DNA from: Hypanus sabinus
Taxonomy: Eukaryota
Direction of reading: 5' to 3'
DNA: 64,000 nt
NCBI RefSeq assembly: GCF_030144855.1
Contig: NC_082735.1
Location: forward strand, 25,544,001-25,608,000
The translations under genes were made by a program, and so were the position numbers. This document shows positions 63,590 to 64,000 of this stretch, piece by piece (within the stretch, counting starts at the first letter, position 1; each line of letters begins with the position of its first letter). Under the pieces are notes generated by a model that was not told the origin of the DNA, searched no databases, and worked only from the letters and a program-made list of their open reading frames with translations.

Positions 63590-64000
63590 TCCCTCAATAC
63601 GGAACTCGAGCAGAGCGTGGCAGCTCTGGACAGGCAGACCCGTTTGTCCTGTGCGGCTCCAGACTACGCACGATTTCTCCACGAGGTTCAAATGGCAGGC
63701 TAGTCAAAAAAAAAAGCTGGGGGGGGGGGTGTAGCAAGAGAGAAGAATGGACGGGTTTAATCCACCCGCTCTCAGCCCTGCGAAGGTAAATAATCGCCCG
63801 TGCGCAGGACCTGGCCACACCCGGGCGGACTAAACCCGGCGCAGCCACGGGGACGGGGACGGGGAGAGCAGGGAAGCAGCGGGCGGGCTAGCATGCCCCA
63901 GAAAAACCAGACTAATCCCGTTTGACAGAAATGCCCGTCTCCCAGTGCGTGGTGGTGGGGGTCGCTTGCTCCGTACGCGGGTGACAACATGCCGCCCGGC
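63590..64000. promoter_or_regulatory. Edge of a CpG island, probably the ZBTB8A first intron / promoter region
   Basis: Sharp rise in GC and CpG, GC boxes (GGGCGG), ~1.3 kb upstream of the first coding exon; continues beyond the window. Confidence 0.6.

Overview
Vertebrate genomic DNA. The repeat landscape (V-SINEs, CR1, Rex/Babar, Penelope-like elements, L1, RTE, Tc1) suggests a cartilaginous fish, probably a ray; this is inference. Two intact protein-coding genes can be reconstructed on the minus strand with GT-AG junctions and consistent phases. FUCA1 (lysosomal alpha-L-fucosidase, GH29) has 8 coding exons from 50571 to 26784 and encodes 458 aa. ZBTB8A (BTB/zinc finger) has 3 coding exons from 62318 to 59305 and encodes 470 aa. 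The rest is mostly transposon relics, often nested, with readable target-site duplications (TSDs), plus two assembly gaps. Most notable observations: (1) an inverted copy of the FUCA1 intron 3/exon 4 splice junction sits in intron 5 and could base-pair with the real acceptor in the pre-mRNA; (2) minimal hammerhead-ribozyme motifs occur at Penelope-like element termini; (3) a CLEAR/M-box cluster lies in FUCA1 intron 1, and a candidate LTR promoter lies upstream of the gene; (4) exon-like unique segments on the plus strand (865-22557) may be a decayed, unidentified gene; (5) a composite element built from two tiny Tc1-type palindromes is present twice. I see no evidence for a wholly new multi-gene system. 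All coordinates were read by eye, and repeat boundaries without a TSD are approximate.
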